A stretch of 64,000 nt of DNA from Octopus vulgaris (Eukaryota), in contig OX597843.1 of assembly GCA_951406725.2 (NCBI GenBank), forward strand, positions 15,562,001 to 15,626,000. Direction: 5' to 3'. Both the position numbers and the translations under genes were made by a program. Under the pieces are notes generated by a model. That model was not told where the DNA came from, ran no database searches, and was given only the letters and a program-made list of their open reading frames with translations. Below, one piece after another: positions 24,723 through 40,178 of this stretch (positions within the stretch are counted from its first letter, which is position 1; every line of letters begins with the position of its first letter).

Positions 24723-27700
24723 TGCCAATAGGGCCGGCATATCGGAGAAGATACAGTAGAAAAGGCGGTGAGAGCTGGCAGAATCTTTATTACGTCGGGC
24801 GAAATGCTAAGCGGTATTTCTTCTGCCGTTATCTTCTGAGTTCAAATTTCCCCGAGGTCGACTTTGCCTTTCATCCTTTCGGGGTCGATTAAAGAAGTAC
24901 CAGTTACGCACTGTGATCGATATAATCGACTTAATCCGTTTGTCTGTCCTTGTTTGTCCTCTCTGTGTTTAGCCCCTTGTCGGTAGTAAAGAAACAGGAC
25001 ACAGTAGACATGAACACTGGAGATTTAACGCTGAGACAACGAGTACACAGTTAAAAGAATAACAATGATATCCGACAAAAGAATATAACAATGAAAGTTC
25101 GTAATAGGTGCAGGTAATCCCCTGGAGTTGGCGCAGGTACCCACACCCCAATCCTGAACCACTCGACGCTTCGAGGGCATCTGGTAAGAGCACTCTCCTC
25201 CCTCTCAAATTCACTAGCCCAAAGGCGTGTTATTAGAGTAGGTCAAATCACACGTACCATTTTCTCTGTTCATCCACCTTTTGGCAAACGTACTGGGAGG
25301 CAGCACTTCACTCTGCACCCTCATCTTCCTTTCCAAAGGAAATTTGAAAAAGTTGACGAGTGATTGGCCGTAGAGAAAATTCTCTGTCTTTAGTCCGTTT
25401 AACCTGGTCCACAATACAGCCTCTTTCGCTAATGCTATTTGACAGAAGTAAATTGCCTGACCTTCCGGACTAATGGAAAGCGGCTGAGCGATCTTCACTA
25501 CGGACTCGGCCGATAGATAGAAACTACCTACACTTAATAACAGCTTTTCAACATAACTCCACAAGTCAGTAATGCAAGGACACTGGACGAGTGCGTGCAG
25601 AACGCTTTCATCGCTCTGCGCATATCTCGGGTAGGTCGGTCAGGCAGCAATTCCGTGCTTGTAGAGTTTATCTCGATCCGGCAGTGCCCCCCGATAGCAC
25701 TGCAAAGCAAGGGACTTCTAGAAGTTATCCATTATCCCCGTCTTGAAAGTCCTCCTCAACAGACTGGTTAGTTCAATTTTGTCAACGCCTAGCGTCTCTC
25801 CAAGTGCTTCATCGCACTTTCCCTCCACTAACCCTCCATAGAACTTCAGAGTGGATTTTCCACTGATCGCATTGCCCACCTGGTAGAGGACCGTGAGTGC
25901 CTAGCAACATTCCAGATGCCAGTAACTCTTCCTCGGTCTCTTCTTGACCCAGGACTGCAGCTTACTCAAGGAGATGAGTTGTGGAAAAGCCTGTTTGACA
26001 AACGATGACCACACCTGTTCACCATTTACGCAGAATGTTTGGAGATGTCGCAGCCCCAGTGCATGTCTTCCACAGCATGCCCAGTGTTCCGGAAATCGGA
26101 AAGCGAAAGCACAAAAACGAAAATAGGAAAAGGGAAAAGTAAAAACAGCATTTAAGAGTTCTCCTCGTTAGACCTTGAATTATAAGGCTAAAAAGATATC
26201 AAAAGTTTAATCAAGAATAGACGGAATTTTTCAGTTCTTCAAAATATATTTATACTTGACAACGACTGAAAATTCCTGACCTAGAGTCCAATAGAGGATT
26301 AAGCATCTTAGATCTGAACAGGATATGCACTCTTTCAGCTAAACAATGTTTATATTTATTCGATCCATTCACATAAGTTATGGATTCTCAATTACTTCCC
26401 ATCCAGTCACAAGTGGTGTTTCGTTTTCTTCCAAACTTAGCCAGTTTCGTAGCTTTACTTTTGGCCTATGTCGGAAGGGGATTATGTGATTGGCATAACG
26501 ACTTTGAAATTCACCTTAAATAAGCAAAAGAATAAGAGAATAAAAGATTATGTGTGTGTGTGTGTACATGCATACAAAAATACACCCACATACGCACGGA
26601 TATGTACATAAGCGCGCACACACACACTCATAGGCGTATGGATTATTGTTTCGGTAAGTTGTGTCCACGAGAAAGACACTTCCAGTGCTCTCATCTGAAA
26701 AGTACCAGCATTAACCAGGGGTTAACATTGCGACAGACTGGTATCCGGTGTGTTGTATCCTTGTGTGTTGAAATACGTTCGATACCGAGATATACTGGGG
26801 GCCTAATGAGCCTGTAGATCAGGCAGAGAATTTAGCTTAGAAAATGCTTTAATGTAGACATTTAGGCATGCGCAGTCAAGTGTTTGTGTAACGTTTATGG
26901 AGTGAAAGTCGATATGAATATGACAAAAAAAGAAACACCGTATTTTCCGGTGTATAAGCCGCTATTTTTTACCTGGGAAATTTAGTGTGCCGCTTAGAGA
27001 ATGGTGCGCCTAATGTGTGTAACTTTTTTTATAGTTCCAGGAGGAAAATAATTTGTGTATGGAGATCGAATGATTCCACTGATTTTTTTGGAGGAAAGGT
27101 CGGTCGATGAAAGACTATTGCTACAGGACATTTGTGCCTGGAAGAAAACAAAGCACATTTGTTTTGTTTTAACTTCAAGTTTTGATAATGTTTTTTTTTA
27201 TCCAATAAAGAATTTAATTTTGACGGAATGTGTTTGTTGCTGATTATAGTAAGATAAAATTTTTAAAAAATCAACAATACATCTCAAAGTTGAAGAATAA
27301 AACATTTTGAAAATACATACACATCAACAACAACAAAGCTAGCAGCGGTCACGTGGTTCCATAAGTCTTTATAAAACACCGGTGGGCTTTATGTGTGGAT
27401 AAAAACCAAAATTTTCCCCAAAATCCCAAGCTAAACTTCACAATACAATAATACAAACATTAATAAGCCACCTCAATTGTATAATTCTAATCTTAAGCCA
27501 ACATTCTACAACCCTGTCTACGAGACGACAAATATTAGTTCCATTACAACCTCTCAATCCGATACTAATATAAATCCTAATTTAGATTCTCCCCACTAAC
27601 AACAAACCAACCAACATCAACATTACTAATAGTAAACCCCAACCACTTGCAACTGTCGCGCTTCTGAAATATATGGTATGCAGACACCTGTCTCCTCAAA

Positions 27701-28166
27701 AGCGTAATCTATAAGTGCCACGTGATTACCCCATGCACCCACCAGGCAAGGGTGTATATTAATGGCACCGAGGATTTTCAATGTCGTTGTCGTGCTCATA
27801 TGTATTCTTTCACTAATCCCGAATCTAAACTATTTCAATCTTTAGCAACACACATATACAACCTCAATTCAAAACAATGTCCAACACGCTCTATCGTGGT
27901 CCATAGTATGTGAAGCTCCCCTCTACAACACAAATATAGGTAAATGTATGTTATGTATAAAAGGGTCATTAACTATTCTTCGCCTCCACAACTCCTCACT
28001 GTTAAATTCTCTGACGTTATTTTTTATCGTAAGCATAAATACTGCCCGACATTCATGCACTTCCCTAATTCCAAATAAATAAAGCTGTAAAGTAAAAAAA
28101 AGTGTCAACCTGACAATCGACAAGTGAACACATTCCAAATAGCAAATATGTGTGTGTGTGTCTATG

Positions 28167-28255
<89 letters not shown>

Positions 28256-29949
28256 CATATGCAATACATATGAAATATCCAAAATTGCATTTACAAATAC
28301 ATAATATATACATACAAGCTCTTACATACATACATGCAAACACACACACATATACGCACAATATATATACATATAAACTCCTACATTAATACACAGTATT
28401 AAAAACATTAAGTAGTCAGCATATATATATAGATACCTACAGAAATATAAATATATATAACACGCATCCCAAATTTATTCCAAGTATTATGATCAATCGA
28501 TTTTTCCGCCCCACTCAGCCTCCTAAATCTCACCAACACACATCACAAATTTCTTCAAATTTTTGCAATTCAACCGCCTCTACTCTCATTTGACCCTTCT
28601 CGGCTTCAAACAATAATTAACAAAAGTCAAATACTAAGAAAAATACCGACCCGATTTTTTATACTACTAACATTCTTAACCACTCCCTCGTACCTGAAAA
28701 GTGTCCTTAAAAAATACCCCACGTAATTTGAGATGGAATTGCTGTTTCATTATTGTACAAGCTAGAAGGGGATACACCTTCAACATTCGGATGAATTACT
28801 TATTTATTCACATCGTTTACAATTAAACATACGTTATCTTCTAGCTTTGAGATTTTGATTATGTGATTGCTTACTTTTAGAATAACTTTGCATGGTGGTT
28901 GTGAAAGGGCTAATGTGTTCAGTTTCCACAGAAAACAGGAAGAATATTTGGGCCCGACGTGGCCAGTGCCAATGCTAATGGGTTAACTGAAAATTACTGA
29001 AGTAAAAATAAAAGCATAAAAAAACATTTTAGGTAATTTGGGGACCCAAATTTATGAAGTCTTAAGGGTGGAGAACCTTTTTATCCCATCCTTAATGCTG
29101 TTGAGGAGACTGGACAATGGCCAATAGAAGGCCGATAGAATATAATGAAAATCGTAACTTACCAATAAAGTGCTGTTAGTTTCTGTTCGTAAGAGGTAGT
29201 GAATGTTTATATATATATTTGCGCGTATATATATATATATTGCGTCATTTGTTTATTTACCAAACATTTTTTCATTGAAGTAGCAGAACACAACGCAGAC
29301 AATTATGCGTATATATATATATGAATGTGTGTGTGTGTATGTGTGAGTATGTGTGTGTTTGCGGGTGTGTATATATGTGTATCATAGCAGATTATTGTGC
29401 CCGGTGTAATGTTGCATCCTGTTTATTCAAATTTGAAGCAATGGTATGCAGCCGTATTTTACATTCCACCGGTATCAGTATCTGAGTCTAAAGTTATAAT
29501 TACTGCATAGTGGTGGTACAGTTTTCAACCAGCAGGATGTAACCTGATGCTAATGCTTATTATATACATGCAGCAGAAAGGCGTGTCGTTCACAGGTTTA
29601 AAATAACTAAATTGCATTGTATATAAAATATGCCAAAAAGTAAGTTACTTCATGTGTAACATTTAATTCTTATTTTAATGTCTTTTACACAGGATAAAAC
29701 CCGAAATAGTGAACTCGGAATTTTGGAACTAAGTGAAAGACAATGATTGTTTACCATAAAGATTTTCCCGTTTTGCCGGACCATTCGATGTGGTTTACCA
29801 GAGCCTGGATTGTAGTACAATGCTTGTAAGTTGCGTCCCATGATTTGATTTTCCTCTCCCTTTATATTATGTATATGTGTGTGTGAAAAAGTGTGTCTGC
29901 GTGCGTGTTTGTGTGTGTGAAAATAAGTAAATGTAAATGAATGTATATA

Positions 29950-29980
<31 letters not shown>

Positions 29981-30081
29981 GTATATCGATATATGGAGAG
30001 ACGTAATAGATAGAGAGATAGAAAGATAAAGATACAGACAATGATTGATAGAGAGATAGCTAGACAGACACATGATAGTTT

Positions 30082-30148
<67 letters not shown>

Positions 30149-30350
30149 GGAAAGATAGAGATAGATAGTCATAGATAGACAATGATAGATAGATAGATAG
30201 ATAGATAGACAGATAGATAGATAGATAGATAGAGATATATAGACATAGATAGAAAGATAGATAGATTGATAGATAGATAGATAAATAGATACATAGATAG
30301 ATAGATGGATAGATAGAGATAGATGGATAGATAGATAGATAGATAGATAT

Positions 30351-31848
30351 GTTTCTTTATTAGCCACACAGGGTTGCACACAGACAGAACAAATTACAAG
30401 GTAGAGCTTTTCTTTTGGGGGGAAAAAAGGGGGTTGGGTTTCGATCAAAAGGGATCGTAAAAGGAAAGAAAGAGGACAAAAAACGGGAGGATTTTTTTAA
30501 AAAAGGGGGGAGAAGGAAAGAAATAAAAGGAAAGGGGAGAGGAAAAAAAGTTGATCAATAGGGATCGTAATCACAGAAATGTCAATATGAAGTGTAAAGA
30601 AAAGCCTACGGAAAAGACCACGGTAACCTCGGTCAATGAAGTCACATATTATATTTCTTTCTTTTATTTTTTTTTTGCAAATAAGCAACTCTCTGTATTA
30701 ATTTTTACGGTTCATAGAATCATAGTCAAGGTGGCTTCGTCATTCATACGTGCCATCCTTGCTACATTCAGCCATCTTTTTTTAAAACATTCGCTAGACA
30801 AAATTTGCCTCTCTACTCTCACTTTCCTCTTCATGTGATACTTGAAGAAGTTGATGAGAGATTGACCAGAGAGGAAAGTGTTTGTCTCCATTCCTTTCGG
30901 CGCGTCCACCAGATACATTCTTTCGCCATAGCCACAAGTATGATAAAAATAGCTCTTCCTTCCCGTTTGAAGGAAGGAGGCGTGACGATATTAACGATAT
31001 ACTCGGCTGATAAACCGACACGTCCCACACGTGACAGCAGTCGTTCGACATAAGCCCACAGGTCGGAAATTGCTGGACACTGCACGATTGCGTGCAGAGC
31101 GGTTTCGTCGCTCTGCCCGCATCTCGGGCAGGTCGGCCCCGTGTTTCTCGAGCCATGTCTATAGAGCTTATCCCGAACGGGTAGCGCTTCTCGGTAGCAC
31201 CGCCAGGCCAGGGATCTCTGGAAGTTGTCTATAGGTCCCGGGCCGAAAGTCGTTTGAAACAGGCGGGTCAGGTATTCCTCGACGACGCCCAGGTTTGCCA
31301 AGAGATCGTCGTCGTACCTCCCCTCCACTAATCCCCTATAGAATTCTTTGGTTGTGTTGAAGTCACTCAAGGTCGACCTGGGACGGCAGAGTTGCTTGAG
31401 AGCAACGCGACACTCGCGGTGCCATTCGCCCTTCCTCGGCCTCTTTTTGATCCACGACTGTTGTTCGGTCATGGAGACGAGTTGCGGGAATGCATGCCTC
31501 ACAAACGGCGACCACACCTGTTCACCGTCGTGAACATAGAGCCGGAGATGTCGCAGTCTCAGCGCGTGTCTGCGCATCATCAACCACGGCATGCCCAGCC
31601 CTTCTTTTAACGGGTGTTGGCAGCAAATGGATCGCCTGACCATCGGGACGCATCCTTTCCACAAGAAGCGGAAGAGGATGCGTTCTAGTTTGGTGATGGT
31701 AGGGTCGGGACAACGTACGACGGTCAGGCGGTAGTAGATGGTGGACGCGATGTAGGCTTTCGCCACCTCCACCCGACCTTTTAGGGACACTTTCCTCTCG
31801 GCCCATTGCTGGGCGAGAGTGACCACCCTACTCGTTAACTCGTTCCAG
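30351..31848 (-). mobile_element. 5'-truncated Tx1/L1-clade LINE (family 1), duplicate
   Basis: Same protein within ORF 30831-32066; 1-nt frameshift near 30900. Confidence 0.93.
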
Positions 31849-31876
31849 ATAGATAGATAGATATGTAGATATATAG

Positions 31877-31968
<92 letters not shown>

Positions 31969-33423
31969 GATATAGATAGAGATATAGATAGAAGATCGAT
32001 TGATTGATCGATAGATAGATCATTTTCTATTGTTGCATCCTTTAAAATTTCAGGAACACAAACCATAGAGCTTCAATTCCCGTTCGCTGTCTTCGATGAG
32101 ATCCGACGATTCTAATTTATGGCGTAGAATTTAAACCATAGCCGTAAACAATTCCTTACGTTTGTCATCCATTGGGCTGCGCCTATGCTGGGGCACTGCC
32201 TTAAAGTGTTTTAGTCGCACAAATCGACCCCAGTATTTGTTGTTAAGCCTGCAGCGTATTCTCGCGATCCCTTCCGCTGATTTGCCTAGAGTTACGCAAC
32301 TTTATACTTTTGATTTTTTTTATTATTACTTACCAGAAAAAAGAAAAACATGAAGGCAATTATCGTCAGCGGCAGGCAATTCTGAATCAGACGTAAATGC
32401 TTTGAAAATGACGTGGTAAAAATGTGAAAAGTTTCAAGTGGTTGCAAGGAATTTAACAAGATACCGATCGGCCAAAGTACTGGGACGTAAAAAACCGGAA
32501 CCTGTTCCCAAGCGGTCATAGTGGATAAACTGAAACACATACACATATACATACACGCGCTCACATATACATAGATGTATACATATATGTAAAATATATA
32601 TATATATATATATATATATAAGTGGGTGTGTGTGTGTGTGTATATATAACAAAGTAAGTTTGGGGCTACTAATAAATATATATAATTGAAATATAGGATA
32701 GAATTTTTACGAGGATTTATCAAGTAGTTATCGTGAAAAACCTCAGAAAGGATAACTTATTAATTATTTCCTATGAATATATTTATATATATTAAGGGCA
32801 TTACTTATACATAAATGCCTCTCGCTAGGAGGGTCTCTTGAAGTCAAAACTACTATAATGCCCACATTGTACAAAACGCGAGGGAATGCAACTCTCAAAG
32901 CGAGCCTCCAGAAACAGACGTAGCTGAACATCATATGATTCCGTAATTAGTGCACAAAATGCACTTTTCACTCATCAGCGCAGCCTTTGTCAAGACATAA
33001 AAATTAACAAAAATCAACGTACCAGACGAACACTTGTATCCTGGCGTTTGATACAATGTGGTTATTATATTCAGGCAGTCATAGATGACGGAAGCGATGT
33101 ACGCATTCGCCACCTCGACTCGACCCTTCACGAACAGCTTCCTCTCTGCCAATTTCTGGGTGAGATCGACTATCCTGTTCGTCACCTCCCACCCGTTGTT
33201 GTCCAACCTCGGGGTCTACAGCAGACCAGACCCCAAACAGTTTAACCTGTCTTTCACTTTAGCGCCCTACAATCTGTCGGTGGTATGGGTCTGCCTCTCC
33301 ATCTGCCGAGTTGCAGGCCCACCGACTTCCCTTGGATAAGCTTTGCTCCTATCAACACTTCGTGGACAGTATTATGATGACGTGGTCCGTGTTAGCGGAT
33401 ACGAACATTCCACATCCTAAGAC

Positions 33424-33455
<32 letters not shown>

Positions 33456-34020
33456 GGCATCTGTATTTCTAATTATATAATTTCGATTTGAAAATTTCAG
33501 TCAGCAGTTTATGATGATTGGCGGTGTAAGTGGAAGAGTTAAAATGAGAGAGGGGTAGAGGGAGTGATAGAAGAGAGAGAGGGGAAAGAAGAGGAGGAGA
33601 GTTGATGTGTACGATTGTTCGTGTGTGTGTGTGTGTGTGTGTCTCTGTGTGTGATGTAATATATACATAACCCTGCCTAAGCTTTTCTTTAATATGAAAC
33701 TGGAGGGAATATCACATTAACGATTGCATTAAATGATATAATTTTACTGTGAAGAAGTGAGTGAAATGTTTAGCCGGAAGAACTTTCCAATAACAATAAT
33801 AATTATAATAATAATAATAAAAATAATAATAATAGTAATAATAATAGTAATAATAATAATAATAATAATTATTATTATTATTATTAATATTATTATTATT
33901 ATTGGACATTATAATTATTATTATTATTATTGTTATTTGCCAATAGGGCCGGCATATCGGAGAAGATAGAGTAGAAAAGGCGGTGAGAGCTGGCAGAATC
34001 TTTATTATTATTATTATTAA

Positions 34021-34069
<49 letters not shown>

Positions 34070-37000
34070 GTTATTTGCCAATAGGACCGGCATATCGGAG
34101 AAGATAGAGTAGAAAAGGCGGTGAGAGCTGGCAGAATCTTTATTACGTCGGGCGAAATGCTAAGCGGTATTTCTTCTGCCGTTATCTTCTGAGTTCAAAT
34201 TTCCCCGAGGTCGACTTTGCCTTTCATCCTTTCGGGGTCGATTAAAGAAGTACCAGTTACGCACTGTGATCGATATAATCGACTTAATCCGTTTGTCTGT
34301 CCTTGTTTGTCCTCTCTGTGTTTAGCCCCTTGTCGGTAGTAAAGAAAGAGGATACAGTAGACATGAACACAGGAGATTTAACGCTGAGACAACGAGTACA
34401 CAGTTAAAAGAATAACAATGATATCCGACAAAAGAATATAACAATGAAAGTTCGTAATAGGTGCAGGTAATCCCCTGGAGTTGGCTCAGGTACCCACACC
34501 CCAATCCTGAACCACTCGACGCTTCGAGGGCATCTGGGAAGATCACTCTCCTCCCTCTCAAATTCACTAGCCCAAAGGCGTGTTATTAGAGTAAGTCCAC
34601 TCACACGTACCATTTTCTCTGTTCATCCACCTTTTGGCAAACGTACTGGGAGGCAGCACTTCACTCTGCACCCTCATCTTCCTTTCCAAAGGAAATTTGA
34701 AAAAGTTGACGAGTGATTGGCCGTAGAGAAAATTCTCTGTCTTTAGTCCGTTTAACCTGGTCCACAACACAGCCTCTTTCGTTTATGCTATTTGACAGAA
34801 GTAAATTTCCTGACCTTCCGGACTAATGGAAAGCGGCTGAGCGATCTTCACTACGGACTCGGCCGATAGATAGAAACTACCTACACTTAATAACATCTTT
34901 TCAACATAACTCCATAAGTCAGTAATGCAAGGACACTGGACGAGTGCGTGCAGAACGCTTTCATAGCTCTGCGCATATCTCGGGTAGGTCGGTCAGACAG
35001 CAATTCCGTGCTTGTAGAGTTTATCTCGATCCGGCAGTGCCCCCCGATAGCACTGCAAAGCAAGGGACTTCTAGATGTTATCCATTATCCCCGTCTTGAA
35101 AGTCCTCCTCAACAGACTGGTTAGTTCAATTTTGTCAACGCCTAGCGTCTCTCCAAGTGCTTCATCGCACTTTCCCTCCACTAACCCTCCATAGAACTTC
35201 AGAGTGGATTTTCCACTGATCGCATTGCCCACCTGGTAGAGGACAGTGAGTGCCTAGCAACATTCCAGATGCCAGTAACCCATCCTCGGTCTATTCTTGA
35301 CCCACGACTGCAGCTTACTCAAGGAGATGAGATGTGGAAAAGCCTGTTTGACAAACGATGACCACACCTGTTCACCGTTTACGCAGAATATTTGGAGATG
35401 CCGCAGCCCCAGTTCATGTCTTCCACAGCATGCCCAGTGTTCCGGAAATCGGAAAGCGAAAGCACAAAAACGAAAATTTGAAAAGGGAAAAGTAAAAACA
35501 GCATTTAAGTGTTCTCCTTGTTAGACCTTGAATTATAAGGCTAAAAATATATCAAAAATGTAATCAAGAATAGACGGAATTTTTCAGTTCTTCAAAATAT
35601 ATTTATACTTGACCACGACTGAAAATTCCCGACCTAGAGTCCAATAGAGAATTAAGCATCTTAGATCTGAACAGGATATGCACTCTTTCAGCTAAACAAT
35701 GTTTATATTTATTCGATCCATTCACATAAGTTATGGATTCTCAATTACTTCCCATCCAGTCACATGTGGTGTTTCGTTTTCTTCCAAACTTAGCCAGTTT
35801 CGTAGCTTTACTTTTGGCCTATGTCGGAAGGGGATTATGTGATTGGCATAACGACTTTAAAATTCACCTTTAAATAAGCAAAAGAATAAAAGAATAAAAG
35901 ATTGTTTGTGTGTGTGTGTACATGCATACAAAAATACACCCACATACGCACGGATATGTACATAAGCGCGCACACACACACTCATAGGCGTATGGATTAT
36001 TGTTTCGGTAAGTTGTGTCCACGAGAAAGACACTTCCAGTGCTCTCATCTGAAAAGCACCAGCATTAACCAGGGGTTAACATTGCGACAGACTGGTATCC
36101 GGTGTGTTGTATCCTTGTGTGTTGAAATACGTTCGATACCGAGATATACTGGGGGCCTAATGAGCCTGTAGATCAGGCAGAGAATTTAGCTTAGAAAATA
36201 CTTTAATGTAGACATTTAGGCATGCGCAGTCAAGTGTTTGTGTAACGTTTATGGAGGAAAAGTCGATATGAATATGACAAAAAAAGAAACACCGTATTTT
36301 CCGGTGTATAAGCCGCTATTTTTTACCTGGGAAATTTAGTGTGCCGCTTAGAGAAAGGTGCGCCTAATGTGTGTAACTTTTTTTATAGTTCCAGGAGGAA
36401 AATAATTTGTGTATGGAGATCGAATGATTCCACTGATTTTTTTGGAGGAAAGGTCGGTCGATGAAAGACTATTGCTACAGGACATTTGTGCCTGGAAGAA
36501 AACAAAGCACATTTGTTTTGTTTTAACTTCATGTTTTGATAATGTTTTTTTTTTATCCAATAAAGAATTTAATATTGACGGAAGGTGTTTGTTGCTGATT
36601 ATAGTAAGATAAAATAAAAAATCAACAATACATCTCATAGTTGAAGAATAAAACATTTTGAAAATACATACACATCAACAACAACAAAGCTAGCAGCTGA
36701 CCCGTGGTTCCATAAGTCTTTATAAAACACCAGTAGGCTTTATGTGTGGATAAAACCAAAATTTTCCCCAAAATCCCAAGCTAAACTTCACAATACAATA
36801 ATACAAACATTAATAAGCCACCTCAATTGTATAATACTAATCTTAAGCCAACATTCTACAACCCTGTCTACGAGACGACAAATATTAGTTCCATTACAAC
36901 CTCTCAATCCGATACTAATATAAATCCCAATTTAGATTCTCCCCACTAACAACAAACCAACCAACATCAACATTACTAATAGTAAACCCCAACCACTTGC

Positions 37001-37527
37001 AACTGTCGCGCTTCTGAAATATATGGTATGCAGACACCTGTCTCCTCAAAAGCGTAATCTATAAGTGCCACGTGATTACCCCATGCACCCACCAGGCAGG
37101 GGTGTATATTAATGGCACTGAGGATTTTCAATGTCGTTGTCGTGCTCATATGTATTCTTTCACTAATCCCGAATCTAAACTATTTCAATCTTTAGCAACA
37201 CACATATACAACCTCAATTCAAAACAATGTCCAACACGCTCTATCGTGGTTCATAGTATGTGAAGCTCCCCTCTACAACACAAATATAGGTAAATGTATG
37301 TTATGTATAAAAGGGTCATTAACTATTCTTCGCCTCCACAACTCCTCACTGTTAAATTCTCTGACGTTATTTTTTATCGTAAGCATAAAAACTGCCCGAC
37401 ATTCATGCACTTCCCTAATTCCAAATAAATAAAGCTGTAATGTAAAACAAGTGTCAACCTGACAATCGACAAGTGAACACATTCCAAATAGCAAATATGT
37501 GTGTGTGTGTCTATGTATACATATATG

Positions 37528-37575
<48 letters not shown>

Positions 37576-37680
37576 CAGGACTAGTAGGAGTACTAGTCCT
37601 GTAAAACTCCTCTTATAATAAATTAATTTTACTCTGCTATGTATTGGTACTTACTTATATAACCCGAACAACCCGGGACC

Positions 37681-37683
<3 letters not shown>
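37576..37683. other. Copy-specific ~108 bp insertion in (TA)n with terminal hairpin
   Basis: Absent from the (TA)n tract of A copies 1-3. Contains the perfect stem tacaggactagta-ggag-tactagtcctgta. Confidence 0.75.
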
Positions 37684-37757
<74 letters not shown>

Positions 37758-38826
37758 GAGCATATGCAATACATATGAAATATCCAAACTTGCATTTACA
37801 AATACATAATATATACATACAAGCTCTTACATACATACATGCAAACACACACACATATACGCACAATATATATACATATAAACTCCTACATTAATACACA
37901 GTATTAAAAACATTAAGTAGTCAGCATATATATATAGATACCTACAGAAATATAAATATATATAACACGCATCCCAAATTTATTCCATGTATTATGATCA
38001 ATCGATTTTTCATCCTCCTCTCAGCCTCCTAAATCTCTCCAACACACATCACAAATTTCTTCAAATTTTTGCTTTTCAACCGTCTCTACTCTCATTTGAC
38101 CCTTCTCGGCTTCAAACAATAATTAACAAAAGTCAAATACTAAGAAAAATACCGACCCAATTTTTTGTACTACTAAAATTCTTAACCACTCCCTCGTACC
38201 TGAAAAGTGTCCTTAAAAAATACCCCACGTAATTTGAGATGGAATTGCTGTTTCATTATTGTACCAGCTAGAAGGGGATACTCCTTCAACATTCAGATGA
38301 ATTACTTATTTATTTACATCGTTTAAAATTAAACATACGTTATCTTCTAGCTTTGAGATTTTGATTATGTGATTGCTTACTTTTAGAATAACTTTGCATG
38401 GTGGTTGTGAAAAGGCTGATCTGTTCAGTTTCAACAGAAAACAGGAAGAATATTTGGGCCCGACGTGGCCAGTGCCAATGCTAATGGGTTAACTGAAAAT
38501 TACTGAAGTAAAAATAAAAGCATAAAAAAACATTTTAGGTAATTTGGGGACCCAAATTAATGAGGTCTTAAGGGTGGAGAACCTTTTTATCCCATCCTTA
38601 ATGCCGTTGAGGAGACTGGACAATGGCCAATAGAAGGCCGATATAATATAATGAAAATCGTAACTTACCAATAAAGTGCTGTTAGTCTCTGTTCGTAAGA
38701 GGTAGTGAATGTTTATATATATCTATATATATATATATGTGCGCATATATATATATTGCGTCATTTGTTTATTTACCATACATTTTTTCATTGAAGTAGC
38801 CCACAATTATGCATATATATATATAT

Positions 38827-38857
<31 letters not shown>

Positions 38858-39015
38858 ATAGTTTGGCGTCTTTATTTCTCATTATATGAATCCGATATGA
38901 AAAGTTTGCGTCAGCAGTCAAAGATGGGCGTCGATAGTGGAAGAGTGTTAATGAGAGAGGGGAAAGAAAGTGATAGAAAGAGAGAGAGAGGGAGGGAGAA
39001 AGAAGAAAAAGAGGG

Positions 39016-39055
<40 letters not shown>

Positions 39056-39319
39056 TGCTATTAGATACATAACCATGTACTAAGGATTTGGTGAGATTGA
39101 TACATTTTAATTCCCTTCACTTACTCAGTATACCCTACTTCTTCCCCGACATTAGCATTCCAGCAGAAATGGAGAAATGAAAATTATGTCACTGTCTGGT
39201 GTTGCATGTGTGTATGTATGTGTGTGTGTATATATGCGTAACTACATGAGACTGTTTACATCCGCGTAACTGAAATTAACTTGAAATAATCTAAGTACTA
39301 TTTTACAAATTGTGATATC

Positions 39320-39351
<32 letters not shown>

Positions 39352-39628
39352 TATATATATATATATATATAAACACGCACACACAGTTATCAGAATTATA
39401 TAAACGTATATATTCATGTATTTGTATATATATATATATATATATATATAAGTAGGTGAATGAATTATTCTAGCATGGAAAATTCGTTTAACCGATACCT
39501 GGGTAGCAAATTCACGTCGGAAAACACAGTTGAAGTGACCTGTCAAGGGTAGAAACTCCGGGTTCTTGTGTGCAAATTTGTGTTATTTATATGAATAAAT
39601 GAAATAATGGAGTCGAGCGAGGTTTTTA

Positions 39629-39711
39629 CTCTCGACACATGTTTCGAAGACGGCATAATTTTAATTCCGAAGGAATTAATGGTGCATTATGCCATCTTCT
39701 CATCAGGAAAG
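39629..39711 (-). ncRNA. Type I hammerhead ribozyme, copy 3
   Basis: Core and stems identical to copies 1 and 2. One substitution in the stem II loop extends its inner hairpin (uuaauucc-uuc-ggaauuaa). Confidence 0.8.
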
Positions 39712-40079
39712 ATTAAGAGCCTCTTTCAGCCACAAGACGAACAAAATTTTTGATGATTGCCTACATGGTGACCACAGTGACAATGAGTGTTTTTTTTAAA
39801 TAATCCGTTATAAGCAATGACTTCAGAAATGGGTAGAAGGAGGGAGTAGTAAAAATAGGTAGGGGACAATATGTATGCTGTATGTATGATGATGTGCGGG
39901 GGTGTGCTTGTGTTAATGATTGCGAGTGATTGTGTATGTGTATGAGTGTGTATATAACTGCATTTGTGTCTGTGTGTGTATGTGTTATTGTGTGTGTGAG
40001 GTAGACAAACGTCAAATACACTTAGTAGTAAGGTGTGAAATTTGTGTCTGTGTGTTTGATCGTGCGTGTTATAGAGAGG

Positions 40080-40178
<99 letters not shown>

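Noticed and set aside
30831-32066. 411-aa ORF fusing an upstream ATG and YLSI repeats to the Tx1 zinc-finger region (microsatellite frame switch idea)
   Set aside because: This ATG is in frame in only one of four copies, as expected by chance. The frame is broken downstream and there is no evidence of expression.
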